This document shows positions 52,401 to 61,499 of a stretch of 64,000 nucleotides of DNA, one piece after another; the first letter of the stretch is position 1; each line of letters begins with the position of its first letter. The notes beneath the pieces were generated by a model. It was not told the origin of the DNA. It was given only the letters and a program-made list of their open reading frames with translations, and did not search any database. The translations under genes were made by a program, and so were the position numbers. This DNA is from Podarcis erhardii. Lineage: Eukaryota. The stretch is from the NCBI GenBank assembly GCA_964252035.1, contig OZ176200.1. One strand, written 5' to 3'.

Positions 52401-55400
52401 ATAATTTGTACAGTAACTGATCAATATTATATATTGTCTATATTTGGAATTAATGACACTATTTGAAGTCAAATAATTGAAACTTGTATTTGTGAATCCT
52501 TTCCCCCCTAGATATCAAATTTCAGTTTGAAAATGTTGAGTTATGCCACTGAAATGTTGCTACTGACATATACACACCCGTTTCACCAAATTCTCCAAAC
52601 AGTGTTGCAAAAGTTGAGTACGTATAAGTTTTTGAAACGCAGAATCTAAAGTTCGCTTCTTAAAATATCATTTTCATTTGTTTCAGATCTAGTTGGATTG
52701 GGTAAACTCTAGTACTTTCCAGCTTGATGGTGTGGAAAGACCATAAATGTTTTACACACACTGGGCTAAGCTAGGGTTTAATTTGTTATGCAGAAGATAT
52801 ATAAATAGGGCTGGCATACGTCCGGAATTTCCCGAACATACCCAGGTTTCATCTGCCGAAAATAGCATCCAGGCAGAATTTTCAGAAATCGGTTAAAATT
52901 CCTGGGAAAATCCAGATTTTTTCCCCACTAAAAATATCAACAACTTGTGTCCAGATTTTCACTTTTTGAAATACGGCAACCCAAAAATAGGCTATTGTAA
53001 GCAGGCCTTCCATACCAATTAAATATGGTTCCTACCTGAAGGCTGTGCTTGGTCTGTGCTCTGATTATAAGCTGGGTTCAATTTGTTTATAAGACATACG
53101 TACATTCAAAGTCGCTCTCGCTGTAGCTGCGACCTAGCTTCTCCTGGTCTCTTAGCACAGACTTGCTGATCAAGTCTCCGAACCGTTCGATAGCCAAGGT
53201 CTTGTCCAAATCCTCCTCATCCTCCGTGCCAGGAAAGGCCGTCTCAGCATCCTCACCATCCTGCACACCAATCCGCAGAACTGATAAATCACACAGTGCC
53301 TGAAAACAGTCCCTTAATACAGAGAGGCATAGAAAAACGCTAACCCCTTTTCCCTGTTCCCAGTTTCCTTCCCCAATAGTACCCACATTCACATTTCACA
53401 ATGATGGGGTCACAAGAGCCCTCAAAACAATAGAGTAAAATGCTTGGCAGGGTTGTCCACCCTGATATTCATTTAAATCGAACTTGCCTTCCTAATCTTG
53501 TCTGCCTTCTTCCCCAGATTGGGACTGTGAAGTTTACTGTCGTGTGCACTGTACAATTTTAGATATCCAGAAGGTGAACAACAGACTGTGTCCAAATCCA
53601 TCCGTTCAAGACCCTCCTTTACCCTCTCTCCTCTTGTTCTCTCTCCACTCCTCTATGATCAGTGTCTCTCACAATCTGATATTTTAACTGTCAAGTTCTT
53701 TCTCATCCCCTCCTGCATTCCAGAAAGGAGAAGGTCCCTTGGTCTCCAGCTTATTTGAGGGGCGGGAGGAGCAAAGCCAAAAAGAGATTGGATAAATGGT
53801 GATTCACCTCAGGAGACAGGTAGAACAGGAAATATAGGACATAGGCTTGGATCGCGAGATCCAATGTTGGCTAGTCCATGTCACAGTTGTCTGATGTTTC
53901 CTATTGGTTGCCTGCAGAGCACACCTGTGTAATCCCAGTCTCTCCCCCCCCCCCCCCGCATCTGATCCTCTAGTCTTTTTCTTCCATCTTGCCTTCTTCT
54001 ATCCTGAGTCTTTACCACAGGCCCTGACCCCAACCCATGCTCTCCATTACAATCTTCCACTTTGGAATATCTGTTATGGCCACTTTACTGTACAGCTCTG
54101 GATACAGCCCTTTCTTTCTGGATCCATTTCAGTCCTCCCTGTGCCTTTTCCAAGCACCACAGTTCAATCCTGCAGCTATGAGCTCTGTCAGTTTTACCCC
54201 TTACCAATCCTCAGCTGCAGACACTGGTTAAAAGAAGAAGAATTCCTGTCAATTTAGCCTGAAATGCTGGTGCCAAGCTGTTGTGGACTCCTCGGTTACC
54301 ATGGCAACACAATAGGCCCAGCAGTGACAGGTCCTTGCTGAACCAGAATAGGAAGTAAAACCGCTGAACAGCTCCCAACACCCACCCCTAGATAAACAGT
54401 CAAGAAAAACTACAATATCTGTGCTACTGTGCATCTGTACATACACATACAGGTGTGTAGGTACAGTGTTGCCATTGCTCCTGGAAAGGCAGGGCCCCCC
54501 TGCACAAGGGCTTAATTTGAGACAGGGCTCAGCCCTGGAATTTGCTTTCGGCTACAGGACTACTGTATTTAAAGAGTACCTGCAAGGTTGTGAAGGAAGC
54601 ACATTTCACTCAATATGGAATGATCACAGCTGAACTTACACAGCAGATAAAGGATTTTTAAGGCCTGAAGCCCTGCACCTATCATTTTAGACATCAAGGA
54701 TTACTTTGAAGCATCATTTCTGGTGGATGTTGAAGGAGCCTGGTCTAAGTGCAGAGAATATATTACTAGATTCCCTCCATATAGGGAATCAAAGTTGCAG
54801 ACATATTGTGATATAGACACTCCAAATGTAAAAAAATAATAATTTTAAAATGGCTTTATTCAGAGGACTTCACATAGAGAATGAAAACAAAGTAAAGATT
54901 GGTCATTTCTTACAGACATGAATATTTCATAATATCACAAAATCACACAAGTCAGTTGCTCAAATCCGCAATTATTTGCTTCATGTGCCAAAAAATTATA
55001 GCAACTATCTTTTGATCCACAGGTGATATAGTGAATACCATTGGTATAGAGAGTACTTGATCACCTGGGGCAACCTTGAAACAATAGTTGCAGAATGAGT
55101 GACTCCACCTCCAAAATCTTACATTCAGTATTTCTAGATTCCTATCAGATAACTCCAGCTTTCACTAGCCTGATAAAGGCTATAGGTTATTATGTCATAT
55201 CAGCAACAAATCTATGTCACATTGCCCTCTCATTCTTTGTAAATATTCTTTTGTAATTTATGGATAACTAGTGCTATATTGATATATAATATTGGAAAAT
55301 GACTCACTGATTAGTATCACTGATCCATATAGAAAAAGTTGATCCTATGCAACCATCTGTAAACAGAGGCTTTCTGTTCTCTTGAACATAACTAGCAAAG

Positions 55401-56418
55401 CCCAGTCCACAAATAGATATTAAAAACAGGAGAGCTTGGATCCCAAGAGAAGTTAAGTTTTTAAAAGCTATGGAATTAAAGTTTCCTGTTGTTGCCCCTG
55501 CAACTCCCCCCACCCACTGAGAAACATATCGGGGAATTGCCCAAAATTAGGTGGAGGCCAGCCCACTTTTGGTCAGTTCTTCCCTTTCCCAGAAACCCCG
55601 TGTGCCCCATTGCACATTATTCATATGGGCCTTCACCCTCTGAAGAGGCTTTTGTGATGTGGAGTTCGGGAAGAAGTAAGGGAACTGGGCACTTTTATTC
55701 CATGACCTTCCTTGAGTTAACTTATCCTAGGATCAAAGCCAATGTCTTTTAAAACTCATTTCTGGGTATTAAAGAGGGGAAATGCTTTGAGCTATCACTT
55801 CTTGAATACCAAACTTCAAAGAATAAACACTGCTGCAGTGTCTTCAGAAGAGTAGTCATGTTAGCCTGCTGCAGAAAAAGTCTTGTGACACCTTAAAGAT
55901 TTAAAGAGCTCTAGCTTATGTCACAATTTATCCCAATCTGTATAGGATCTGAGATTTTTTTAATGCGGAATTGTTTTTGTTTTTAGAGACGGAATTGTTT
56001 AAAGTTGTTTTTATTGTCTTTGTTTTTGTGGTAAAGTTGCTTGGAGATATATATGGGCAGCAATTCATAAATGGAATCAAATAAATAAATTTGATTAGTC
56101 TTAAGTGCTGTAAGACTTGTTTTTACTGGTTGTGCAAATCTGTTATGCTTTTTTCCTCTTGAGAGCAGTGAACTAGTTAGGGTATAGATTTTCCCACATA
56201 ACGTGTGAACTGAGAAGACTCTGAGGAGGGCTCATAGTCAAAGAACTTCAGTCAAAAGAACTGATGTAATTTGTACACAAATCTCATTTTCCACAGCAAA
56301 AACGTTTTACCAGTGCTTGATAAGCAAATCTATTATATATATATATATATATATTTTTAATCACCTGCTGCACTGTAGTGAAGATGCCTCCCAAAGGAGC
56401 ATTATTTCCATCTGCCAT
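18389..56418 (-). CDS. SLC4A3: Anion exchanger 3 (AE3, band 3-like Cl-/HCO3- exchanger), full-length brain-type isoform; spliced CDS of 22 coding exons, 1286 aa (1265 aa if the downstream exon 6 acceptor is used)
   Basis: All exons are phase-compatible with GT-AG boundaries; summed length 3861 nt. AE3-type segments: [81 protein letters not shown] and C-terminus [25 protein letters not shown]. Confidence 0.96.
18833..19006 (-). CDS. SLC4A3: SLC4A3 exon 22 ([14 protein letters not shown]...VVKST...RELKA)
   Basis: Acceptor cctttag|GTG; donor GCG|gtaagc; 174 nt. Confidence 0.96.
19300..19469 (-). CDS. SLC4A3: SLC4A3 exon 21 ([30 protein letters not shown]...[10 protein letters not shown])
   Basis: Acceptor ctcttcag|GC; donor AAG|gtaggt; 170 nt. 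Confidence 0.96.
19857..20110 (-). CDS. SLC4A3: SLC4A3 exon 20 ([21 protein letters not shown]...[13 protein letters not shown]...[13 protein letters not shown])
   Basis: Acceptor cctttgcag|C; donor G|gtgagg; 254 nt. Confidence 0.96.
20582..20748 (-). CDS. SLC4A3: SLC4A3 exon 19 ([20 protein letters not shown]...[10 protein letters not shown])
   Basis: Acceptor accacag|AAG; donor AC|gtaagt; 167 nt; includes the Glu equivalent to AE1 E681. Confidence 0.96.
21135..21361 (-). mobile_element. Tc1/mariner-type MITE, family A (inverted copy)
   Basis: TA flanks; TIRs CAGCGGTACCTTGGGTTA and TAACCCGAGGTACCACTG. Confidence 0.88.
21958..22047 (-). CDS. SLC4A3: SLC4A3 exon 18 ([30 protein letters not shown])
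   Basis: Acceptor tctgtag|GCC; donor CAG|gtaggt; 90 nt. Confidence 0.95.
22767..22973 (-). CDS. SLC4A3: SLC4A3 exon 17 (VFTEHPLL...NDS sequon...[34 protein letters not shown])
   Basis: Acceptor ttcccag|GTA; donor AAG|gtgagg; 207 nt. Confidence 0.96.
23156..23350 (-). CDS. SLC4A3: SLC4A3 exon 16 ([17 protein letters not shown]...[10 protein letters not shown])
   Basis: Acceptor ttttggcag|TTC; donor AAG|gtgagc; 195 nt. Confidence 0.96.
24615..24763 (-). CDS. SLC4A3: SLC4A3 exon 15 ([13 protein letters not shown]...[15 protein letters not shown])
   Basis: Acceptor tctctacag|GT; donor AAG|gtatct; 149 nt. Confidence 0.96.
26174..26398 (-). CDS. SLC4A3: SLC4A3 exon 14 ([39 protein letters not shown]...[10 protein letters not shown])
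   Basis: Acceptor ctttccag|AG; donor G|gtaatg; 225 nt; start of the transmembrane domain. Confidence 0.95.
26698..26914 (-). CDS. SLC4A3: SLC4A3 exon 13 ([36 protein letters not shown]...QEAK)
   Basis: Acceptor ctgatag|CAT; weak donor G|gtctct (phase 1, required by exon 14); 217 nt. Confidence 0.88.
27241..27575 (+). mobile_element. Sauria SINE (near full length), preceded by (TA)n
   Basis: ggtaaagggacccctgaccgttgggtccagtc...ttaacccacagagccacc. Confidence 0.88.
28695..28879 (-). CDS. SLC4A3: SLC4A3 exon 12 ([16 protein letters not shown]...[16 protein letters not shown])
   Basis: Acceptor cctgatag|GT; donor AAG|gtgagg; 185 nt. Confidence 0.96.
29000..29220. mobile_element. PIF/Harbinger-type MITE
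   Basis: TTA on both flanks; imperfect TIRs GGGCATGTCCACAC and GGGCTCATCCACAT. Confidence 0.65.
29993..30092 (-). CDS. SLC4A3: SLC4A3 exon 11 ([33 protein letters not shown])
   Basis: Acceptor gagacag|AAA; donor G|gtaagg; 100 nt. Confidence 0.93.
30319..30358. repeat. (GCTT)10 tetranucleotide microsatellite
   Basis: Read directly from the sequence. Confidence 0.95.
30663..30853. mobile_element. Tigger/pogo-like MITE
   Basis: TA flanks; imperfect TIR of the CGTATTTTTCCGTGTATAAGAC type; internal repeats of gtcttatacac. Confidence 0.65.
30899..31079 (-). CDS. SLC4A3: SLC4A3 exon 10 ([33 protein letters not shown]...DPDYRE)
   Basis: Acceptor tttcttcag|C; donor GAG|gtgagt; 181 nt; absent from the ORF track. 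Confidence 0.93.
31616..31751 (-). CDS. SLC4A3: SLC4A3 exon 9 ([45 protein letters not shown])
   Basis: Acceptor tcccag|GA; donor AG|gtaagt; 136 nt. Confidence 0.96.
32507..32687 (-). CDS. SLC4A3: SLC4A3 exon 8 (VFVELNEL...[16 protein letters not shown]...ELRKTIAH)
   Basis: Acceptor gacag|GTA; donor G|gtgagt; 181 nt; contains the SLC4 hallmark [10 protein letters not shown]. Confidence 0.96.
32998..33088. mobile_element. PIF/Harbinger-type MITE (short)
   Basis: TTA on both flanks; TIRs GGGCTCATCCACAC and GGGTTCATTCACAT. Confidence 0.65.
33360..33511 (-). CDS. SLC4A3: SLC4A3 exon 7 ([20 protein letters not shown]...[14 protein letters not shown])
   Basis: Acceptor ttttttctag|GC; donor GAG|gtaatg; 152 nt. 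Confidence 0.95.
34540..34740 (-). mobile_element. MIR/CORE-like SINE remnant; similar at about 43720-43830, 58770-58910 and 62280-62370
   Basis: cccattttatcctcaccacaaccttgtgagg...atttgaacccgg core and tRNA-like head. Confidence 0.55.
35060..36020 (-). mobile_element. Old CR1-like LINE fragment
   Basis: Decayed CR1-like segments (gcaaattccacagg, tttttgaggtgaggtgac, gatcattcatgaacaag); boundaries approximate. Confidence 0.55.
36428..36770 (-). mobile_element. CR1 LINE 3' end
   Basis: tagaatcatagaatcatagagttggaagggacc is the reverse complement of the CR1 3' microsatellite tail, followed by typical 3' UTR/ORF2 sequence. Confidence 0.8.
38761..38989 (-). CDS. SLC4A3: Putative alternative first coding exon (cardiac-type AE3 exon 1C equivalent), 76 aa [10 protein letters not shown]...[33 protein letters not shown]
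   Basis: ATG at 38989; consensus donor C|gtaagt at 38760, in phase 1, matching exon 7. It lies in intron 6, and the spliced product is 1029 aa. Confidence 0.75.
41810..42095 (+). mobile_element. CR1-like 3' fragment
   Basis: ttagacaaattcatggagg...ggctatc and gcctttgatctgatccaacagggctg are typical sauropsid CR1 3' sequence. Confidence 0.5.
42117..42252. mobile_element. Palindromic hAT-type MITE with 8-bp TSD
   Basis: GCTTAAAG at 42109-42116 and 42253-42260; near-perfect inverted arms of more than 50 bp starting CAGGCATAGG. Confidence 0.9.
43078..43346 (-). CDS. SLC4A3: SLC4A3 exon 6 (...[14 protein letters not shown]...[20 protein letters not shown]); alternative in-frame acceptor at 43283
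   Basis: Acceptor ccttttatag|G (phase 2); donor AAA A|gtgaga (phase 1). The [19 protein letters not shown] motif matches AE3. Confidence 0.88.
44140..44297 (-). CDS. SLC4A3: SLC4A3 exon 5 ([17 protein letters not shown]...PISSK)
   Basis: Acceptor ttcattacag|TTT; donor AG|gtaagg; 158 nt. Matches AE3 FSIGSDEDD. Confidence 0.9.
44484..44735. mobile_element. Tc1/mariner-type MITE, family B (same TIR end, different interior)
   Basis: TA flanks; perfect 15-bp TIR CAGTGGTACCTTGGT / ACCAAGGTACCACTG. Confidence 0.85.
45175..45497 (-). CDS. SLC4A3: SLC4A3 exon 4 ([18 protein letters not shown]...poly-K...poly-E...AEGSIE)
   Basis: Acceptor cttttccacag|TC CAT; donor GAG|gtgaga; 323 nt. Confidence 0.92.
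45903..46302 (+). mobile_element. Sauria SINE, rearranged or interrupted
   Basis: 5' part agaggtaaaggaccccgg (~45903-45970) and 3' part (~46105-46302) are separated by unrelated sequence. Confidence 0.65.
46423..46485. repeat. Compound (TC)n(TG)n microsatellite
   Basis: Read directly from the sequence. Confidence 0.95.
48131..48230 (+). mobile_element. Penelope-like element terminal fragment with 13-bp TSD
   Basis: ACCATACAACTCT is duplicated at 48118-48130 and 48231-48243. The interior gaaagctcatacc...ggtctttaaggtgctactgg resembles squamate Penelope-like termini. Confidence 0.7.
48136..48173 (+). ncRNA. Minimal type I hammerhead ribozyme motif
   Basis: GTAT (stem I), CTGAAGA core, extra A, GTGTGC/AT/GCACAC (stem II), GAAA, then GCTC (palindromic AGCT stem III with UC cleavage triplet end) and ATAC (stem I'). 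Confidence 0.7.
49099..49482 (-). mobile_element. 5'-truncated L1-type LINE with poly(A) tail and 18-bp TSD
   Basis: TCATCCTGGAAATGGATC at 49081-49098 and 49483-49500; T13 at 49099-49111 with AATAAA nearby on the minus strand; ORF end [23 protein letters not shown]. Confidence 0.8.
50394..50715. mobile_element. hAT-type MITE with 8-bp TSD
   Basis: ATATATAC at 50386-50393 and 50716-50723; CAGGG...CCCTG termini; CpG-rich interior. Confidence 0.88.
50830..51310 (-). mobile_element. L2-clade LINE reverse transcriptase fragment (decayed)
   Basis: Minus-strand translations [14 protein letters not shown] and [21 protein letters not shown] are RT motifs. Confidence 0.8.
52807..52983. mobile_element. 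Degenerate DNA-transposon remnant with AGGGTTGCC-type termini
   Basis: agggctggcatacg...atacggcaaccc; no TSD. Confidence 0.45.
53104..53299 (-). CDS. SLC4A3: SLC4A3 exon 3 (ALCDLSVLR...[17 protein letters not shown]...RSYSESDFE)
   Basis: Acceptor ttttcag|GCA; donor GAA T|gtacgt; 196 nt. Matches AE3 [14 protein letters not shown]...RSYSERDFE. Confidence 0.9.
56335..56353. repeat. (TA)n microsatellite about 12 nt into intron 2
   Basis: Read directly from the sequence. Confidence 0.9.
56365..56418 (-). CDS. SLC4A3: SLC4A3 exon 2, coding part ([18 protein letters not shown]); the whole exon is about 56365-56517
   Basis: caagATGG start; donor CAG|gtgatt (phase 0); acceptor tcctttctccacag| at 56518-56520. 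Resembles the mammalian AE3 N-terminus MANGVIPPPGG...Q. Too short to appear in the ORF track. Confidence 0.8.
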
Positions 56419-57445
56419 CTTGGTTTAAGATCTATGGATCGTCATGCAACGTTTGGGCAAATATCAACCCTTCTCTTTCATTAGCAGGCAACCAGTAAGT
56501 CTGAGGCGTGGCATAACCTGTGGAGAAAGGATAGAACACATGGACATCTGGACCAGAGAAATGGCAAGGGTGTGTAGCTATATTTGTGATGAATAAGAAC
56601 TAATGGAAAGTTAAGAGCCACAGCTCAGAATCATGCGACAACCTTACACAAGACACTGAGTTCTAAATTAATTATAAGCACTCAGAAAAGTGACCTGGAT
56701 ATTGCTATGGACAGCTCAACAACTTGCTTGGCTCAGATTGCATGCCGCTAAGTGTCAGGATGTAAAAGGAATGGCGTGTGGCATAATAATAATGATAGTC
56801 TAATGATGTCCTCCTCTGGAGAGTCATGTGCCATTCCAGTCACCAATCTAATAAAGAAATGGGGTGGGTGGGGGGTGCTGTGTACAGGGTTATGTGGAGG
56901 AAAAGCCTCTTTATGGGGATAGGAAGAGGACTTTGAGAGCACAGGCAAACAGCTTGAGATGACACAACAGATGTTTGTAAATAATAAACAGCAAAGCAAA
57001 GGAAAACGATTGCAAGGGTTAAAAGGCAGTAATTTATAGCTAATCAAGGAAGCATAGCTGAGTAATCCCTCTGTTTGCGTAAGCCCTACGTAGCTACTGG
57101 GTTTCACTGAGCAGAGACTTGGTCTCTTAATAGCCCTCTGGGGATTTTCTGTCTTCTCTTCAAAATAGTTGGACAAAGTAGACTGTGGATAGCATTGCTT
57201 CCTTGCTGGATTTAAATAGGACTCATGAGAGGGTCCCCCCTCCCACCTGGCTAGGTTTTTTAAAAAGAGCTCCATTTCAGTTTTAGGTGCTGGTCAGCTT
57301 TCAATATGTGTATGTCTCCATACATTAAAGCATACAAATGGTTGTTTTGTCTGGGAGAGGAAGTAAACCCTCCTCTGGGACAGGAATTGCAAAAGTCTCT
57401 AAGCAAAAGGATTGTAGGTAACATTAAACTGCTTTTGTGGATCTA

Positions 57446-57533
57446 GGCTGCAATCCTATACACATTTACCTGGGAGTAAGTCCCATTGAGCTTAATAGGA
57501 CTTACTTCTGAGCAGACGTGCATAGGATTGCTC
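57446..57533. mobile_element. Short palindromic non-autonomous DNA element; related copies near 36858-36945 and 42535-42620
   Basis: gcaatcctat...ataggattgc inverted ends with shared core taagtcccattga. Confidence 0.55.
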
Positions 57534-58519
57534 TTAGTGTACAAAGTGAGGAAATAATGACATGAAATAAATAAACCTCACTCATACATTGTTAGAGCTC
57601 CTGGAAAAACATTGCAAACAGCTTTCTTGAAAACAACATTTCAGCACAGAAGGGTGTCAGAAACATACTGGTGCAGGCTTGCAGAAATTCTGGTAACTGT
57701 TGGGCTACGAATTTGACTAAACCCAACCATAATTAAGACAGCAATAGATTTCTGAGACAAGGAATGCCCCTGCAATCACTAAGCTGGAGCCTGCTGTTGC
57801 TTCAACATCTAATTATCCTTGAATGTCAAAATACTCCTCCTTGAGCGATAATAGCTATTGTATAGCTTAGATGACCAACACCCTGCCCTGTAATAGTGCA
57901 TCTACCGCTTTTGCTAATTGCAATTATAAACATGCACTTTATTTCTTGTTTTAATTTGCCTCTGTAACTTTCAATTCATTGTTTTTGTGTTGGCTTGGGC
58001 TGATCTTGACAAACCATTTCCTCCTGAATATTCCCAAAAGAAGTTTTGTAAATTTAAATGTAGTGCCTCCAGAGCAAGCAGCTTGTTAAGACGGCTGCTG
58101 GTATTGTCTAAAAATGAATTAGGGTCTCCTATGCATGTATTGTAGATGATTCTAGCTACAGTTACATACACATGCAGCGCCAAGTACTGTATATCTGTCT
58201 ATAACACCCGCATACCATCTTATTTTTGTTTTGCTTTGCTTTTAACCAGAGTTGCCAGAAATTGAACTGGGGACTTTCTGCATATGAAACATCTTCCTTC
58301 TCTTAGCTAACACTGAGCTTGGGTTGGTCCATTCATTAATGTATGTGTCTATGATGCCATGAATAAGGGATGCTTGGGGGACCTCTGGGTTGGAGAGTAT
58401 TACTTTCCATGCAGTCTCAATACTCATTTATTTAGAATGTAAAAATGAAAGAATTCCCCCTTTCAAAATGTATAGAACACCATGAGAAGGGACTGAGAAA
58501 GTGGGCCGACTCCAAAATA

Positions 58520-58761
58520 CAGTGGTACCTCAGGTTATATATGCTTCAGGTTACATACGCTTCAGGTTACAGACTCCGCTAACCCAGAAATAGTACCTCG
58601 GGTTAAGAACTTTGGTTCAGGATGAGAACAGAAATTGGGCTCTGGCGGCGCCACAGCAGCAGGAGGCCCCATTAGCTAAAGTGGTGCTTCAGGTTAAGAA
58701 CAGTTTCAGGTTAAGAACAGACCTCTGGAACAAATTAAGTACTTCACCTGAGGTACCACTG
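58520..58761 (+). mobile_element. Tc1/mariner-type MITE, family A
   Basis: TA flanks; TIR CAGTGGTACCTCAGGT; interior highly similar to the 6052 copy. Confidence 0.88.
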
Positions 58762-60586
58762 TAGAAACATAGTTTGTGGGGTTGAGTTTTCAACAATGAC
58801 CTGTAACATCTGAGTTTGACTTTCCATCCAGCCATGAAGCTCATTGGGTGACTGAATCACTTTCCTTCTCTCTCAGCCCAACCTGCTTCAAATGGTTGTT
58901 GTGAGGATAAAAGGGGACACACACCATGTAATTAGGTACGGTATACATTTCTGTTATCACAGATGGACATATGAAGTTGCCTTATACTTGACAGATCATC
59001 GGTCCCATTCAGCCCAGTATTTTTTATGCTGACTGGCAAGCAGTTCTCCACGGGTTTGCAGCAGAGGACTTTCTCATTATCTGCTACCTGATTCTTCTAA
59101 CTGGAAATGCCAGGGATTGAGCCTGAGCATGCACTCCCTTTCCATTATGGTCAGTGTGTTATACATCCTCTTCACAAGGGTTTCCCCCCGCCGAGACCAT
59201 ACTCAGACAAAAGGGTGGCAGTTCAAGACTGCAGCAATGCAAGAATGGGATCATTTGCATTTGACATTTGCCCTCGCCCACTCCATTCTGTTGGTTACAT
59301 ACTAGGACTGGGAGTGCTCGAGAGGGTAAGGCGGAGGAGGGAACTTGAGAAAAGTAGATGTCAGTAACAGTAGCAGCACATGGCTCTGTGGAAAGCCCCA
59401 AGCAGACATTCCGTGGGACTGCGGCCCAGAGTGGAGGAGGCAGGGAAGGGGCAGCTGCATGGCTAGGAACAGCTGGAAGGAGGAGAGAAGTGGGAGAGGA
59501 AGGAAAGCAGTGACAGAGGCTACGATGTTGATGTCACAGATTTTTGCATGATGCTTTCTGTTGGCAAGGAAACTTTTGTCTGCTCTTTACCAGAAGCTGG
59601 AAGAAAGTGGAGCTCCTCCCACCACTGTACCTGCACGCTAGTCCTGCTCCTACTGCATTTCTGCTGCTCAAACAGCTGTTAAAGAGTCAGCAAGTCTTAC
59701 TGGGAGTGATTGACAAGGACATTAATCTATTAAAGCCATGTGCTGTGGACACTTCCTTTAAAGGCTGCTGTTAATAAGGCCAGATGGGCCACTGGTGCTG
59801 ACGATTAAAGCAGCTCTTAATTCTTACAACCTTTTATAGCCTTGCCAATAATGTATCTTTCTCTCATACAAGCCAGTATCATTTTACTTGGACTCCCTTG
59901 TCTATCTGCCTAGCTGTCCCCACTTTTACATTCAAACTATAGGGGCTTTGAGGCCATGTATTTATACACTGCTGAGCGTGGTCAGGGCACGGCTCATACC
60001 TGAAGCTTGTTAGATCCATGGCAATAAACAAGAGAAGCAAGAGGAGGAAGAAAAGGACAGATTTGATTAGAGAGACACACGTCACTCCCAAATGATAGGC
60101 TGTTGGCGCCAAAGGAAGACCAAGAGAGGGACAAGATGCAGTGTCCTGTGCAACAGAGCAGGAGATAAGGGCTCAAAATCTCACTTAGCACATGCCCAAA
60201 GTTCAAACCCCTGCCTGAGGAGGAAGGGACCCTTGAATATGATGAGAAACTGGAGACATGGAGCACACACTGAGATAATAATGTGCAGTAGATGGGACTG
60301 AACTGAAGGCATTACATGTACAAAAGCACACACACACAAATGAGGGTGTCTATGCCAGGAGTACTGTGGCATGTGCATATTTTGGGGGGATCACAGTGGT
60401 GGTTAATTTCTGTGTGAGAGCAGTGCTGGAGCTTGCACCTGACAGCCACACCCTCTGACCTGGAAGACCTGGCCACTGATCCCACAAGCAGAGTTTGGTG
60501 AGGAAAAGTACTCTACGCATGCTCAGAGGCATTCTCATCTGCATTGCTTCAAATTTTCCCAAATTGAGACCTGTTCCCTAGAGCTG

Positions 60587-60588
<2 letters not shown>

Positions 60589-60626
<38 letters not shown>
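60589..60626. repeat. (TC)19 microsatellite; a second (CT)15 tract lies at 61082-61111
   Basis: Read directly from the sequence. Confidence 0.95.
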
Positions 60627-60630
<4 letters not shown>

Positions 60631-61079
60631 AAGGATTGCTGATTTATTGCACTAGATTTTGCACTAGGGGAGGGGAGGGGGTTTGCATTGTCACTTGTCA
60701 CGTTCAGGAGGCCCCAGATTTCCCAAGCAGGACACATCACTGACATCTTTTGTGGGCATGCCCAAATGTGGGCATGCAGGGCGGTGAGAATGCAGACACA
60801 TACACGGCCTGTTCTGAAATGTCCCCCCTCCCCTTTTTCCTTCTTCTGCTCTCTGAACAACTCACAAAGCATGCACATACCTTGCAGTCTCCTCTGCTGC
60901 CCTGGCAGATGCTTAGGGGGCCCTCACACCCTTTTATTTCCTTTTATTTAATTTTTTTGCAGCAAGGACTTGACCCTCCGGAGAAAGAAAGCCCCAAACC
61001 TGTGTGCCAAGCACAAGAGAGGCGAAGGCAAGCCCATCTAAAAGGGTCCTGCTATGAGATCCACAGCTTTGCTCCCTGC

Positions 61080-61114
<35 letters not shown>

Positions 61115-61203
61115 CTGCACCTGGCAATGTCAGGGACATGAGGATGCTGGACCAGGATGGGATGAAGGCAGGAGTGGGGGTGGGGAAAGAGGCTATACTG
61201 TAC

Positions 61204-61490
61204 CTCGCTGCTGATGAGAAGGAGAGCTGCCTGCCTCCAGCCAGGGGTCCACCGAATTCACGCTGCTGTGACTGGCCTCTTCTTGCCCTCCCTCCTGCTG
61301 CTGCTGCTGGAGATCACTCAACATGTGTCCATTTCCCCGCTAGTGGCTCAGGTAGGGTGGCTGTTTGAGACACCTCCTCTTCTCCTCCACCACCTCTGCC
61401 TCCTCCTTTTCAGTGCAGCAGCAGCAGCAGCAGCTTCCTGCTCCTCCTGCAGGCAGCCATCCGCTGTTACTGGCTCTGCTTGGAGACGAG
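61204..61490 (-). other. SLC4A3: Putative non-coding exon 1 of SLC4A3 (5' boundary approximate)
   Basis: Donor GAG|gtacag at 61203; purine-rich, CTG-repeat-rich segment next to a CpG-enriched region with a TATA-like element. Exon 2 has an acceptor, so an upstream exon is required. Confidence 0.5.
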
Positions 61491-61499
61491 CTGCACATT

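Noticed and set aside
18389-56418. Calling the gene SLC4A2 (AE2) or SLC4A1
   Set aside because: The N-terminus, exon 3, the TM segments and the C-terminal tail are AE3-type; the AE2-like residues are confined to a few cytoplasmic exons.
56748-57275. 175-aa minus-strand ORF in intron 1
   Set aside because: Random-like composition, with no supporting homology or splice structure.
60003-60022. gccATGG...AG|gtatga, a candidate alternative first coding exon (MDLTSFR)
   Set aside because: It is phase 2; joining it to exon 2 or exon 3 shifts the frame and hits stop codons.
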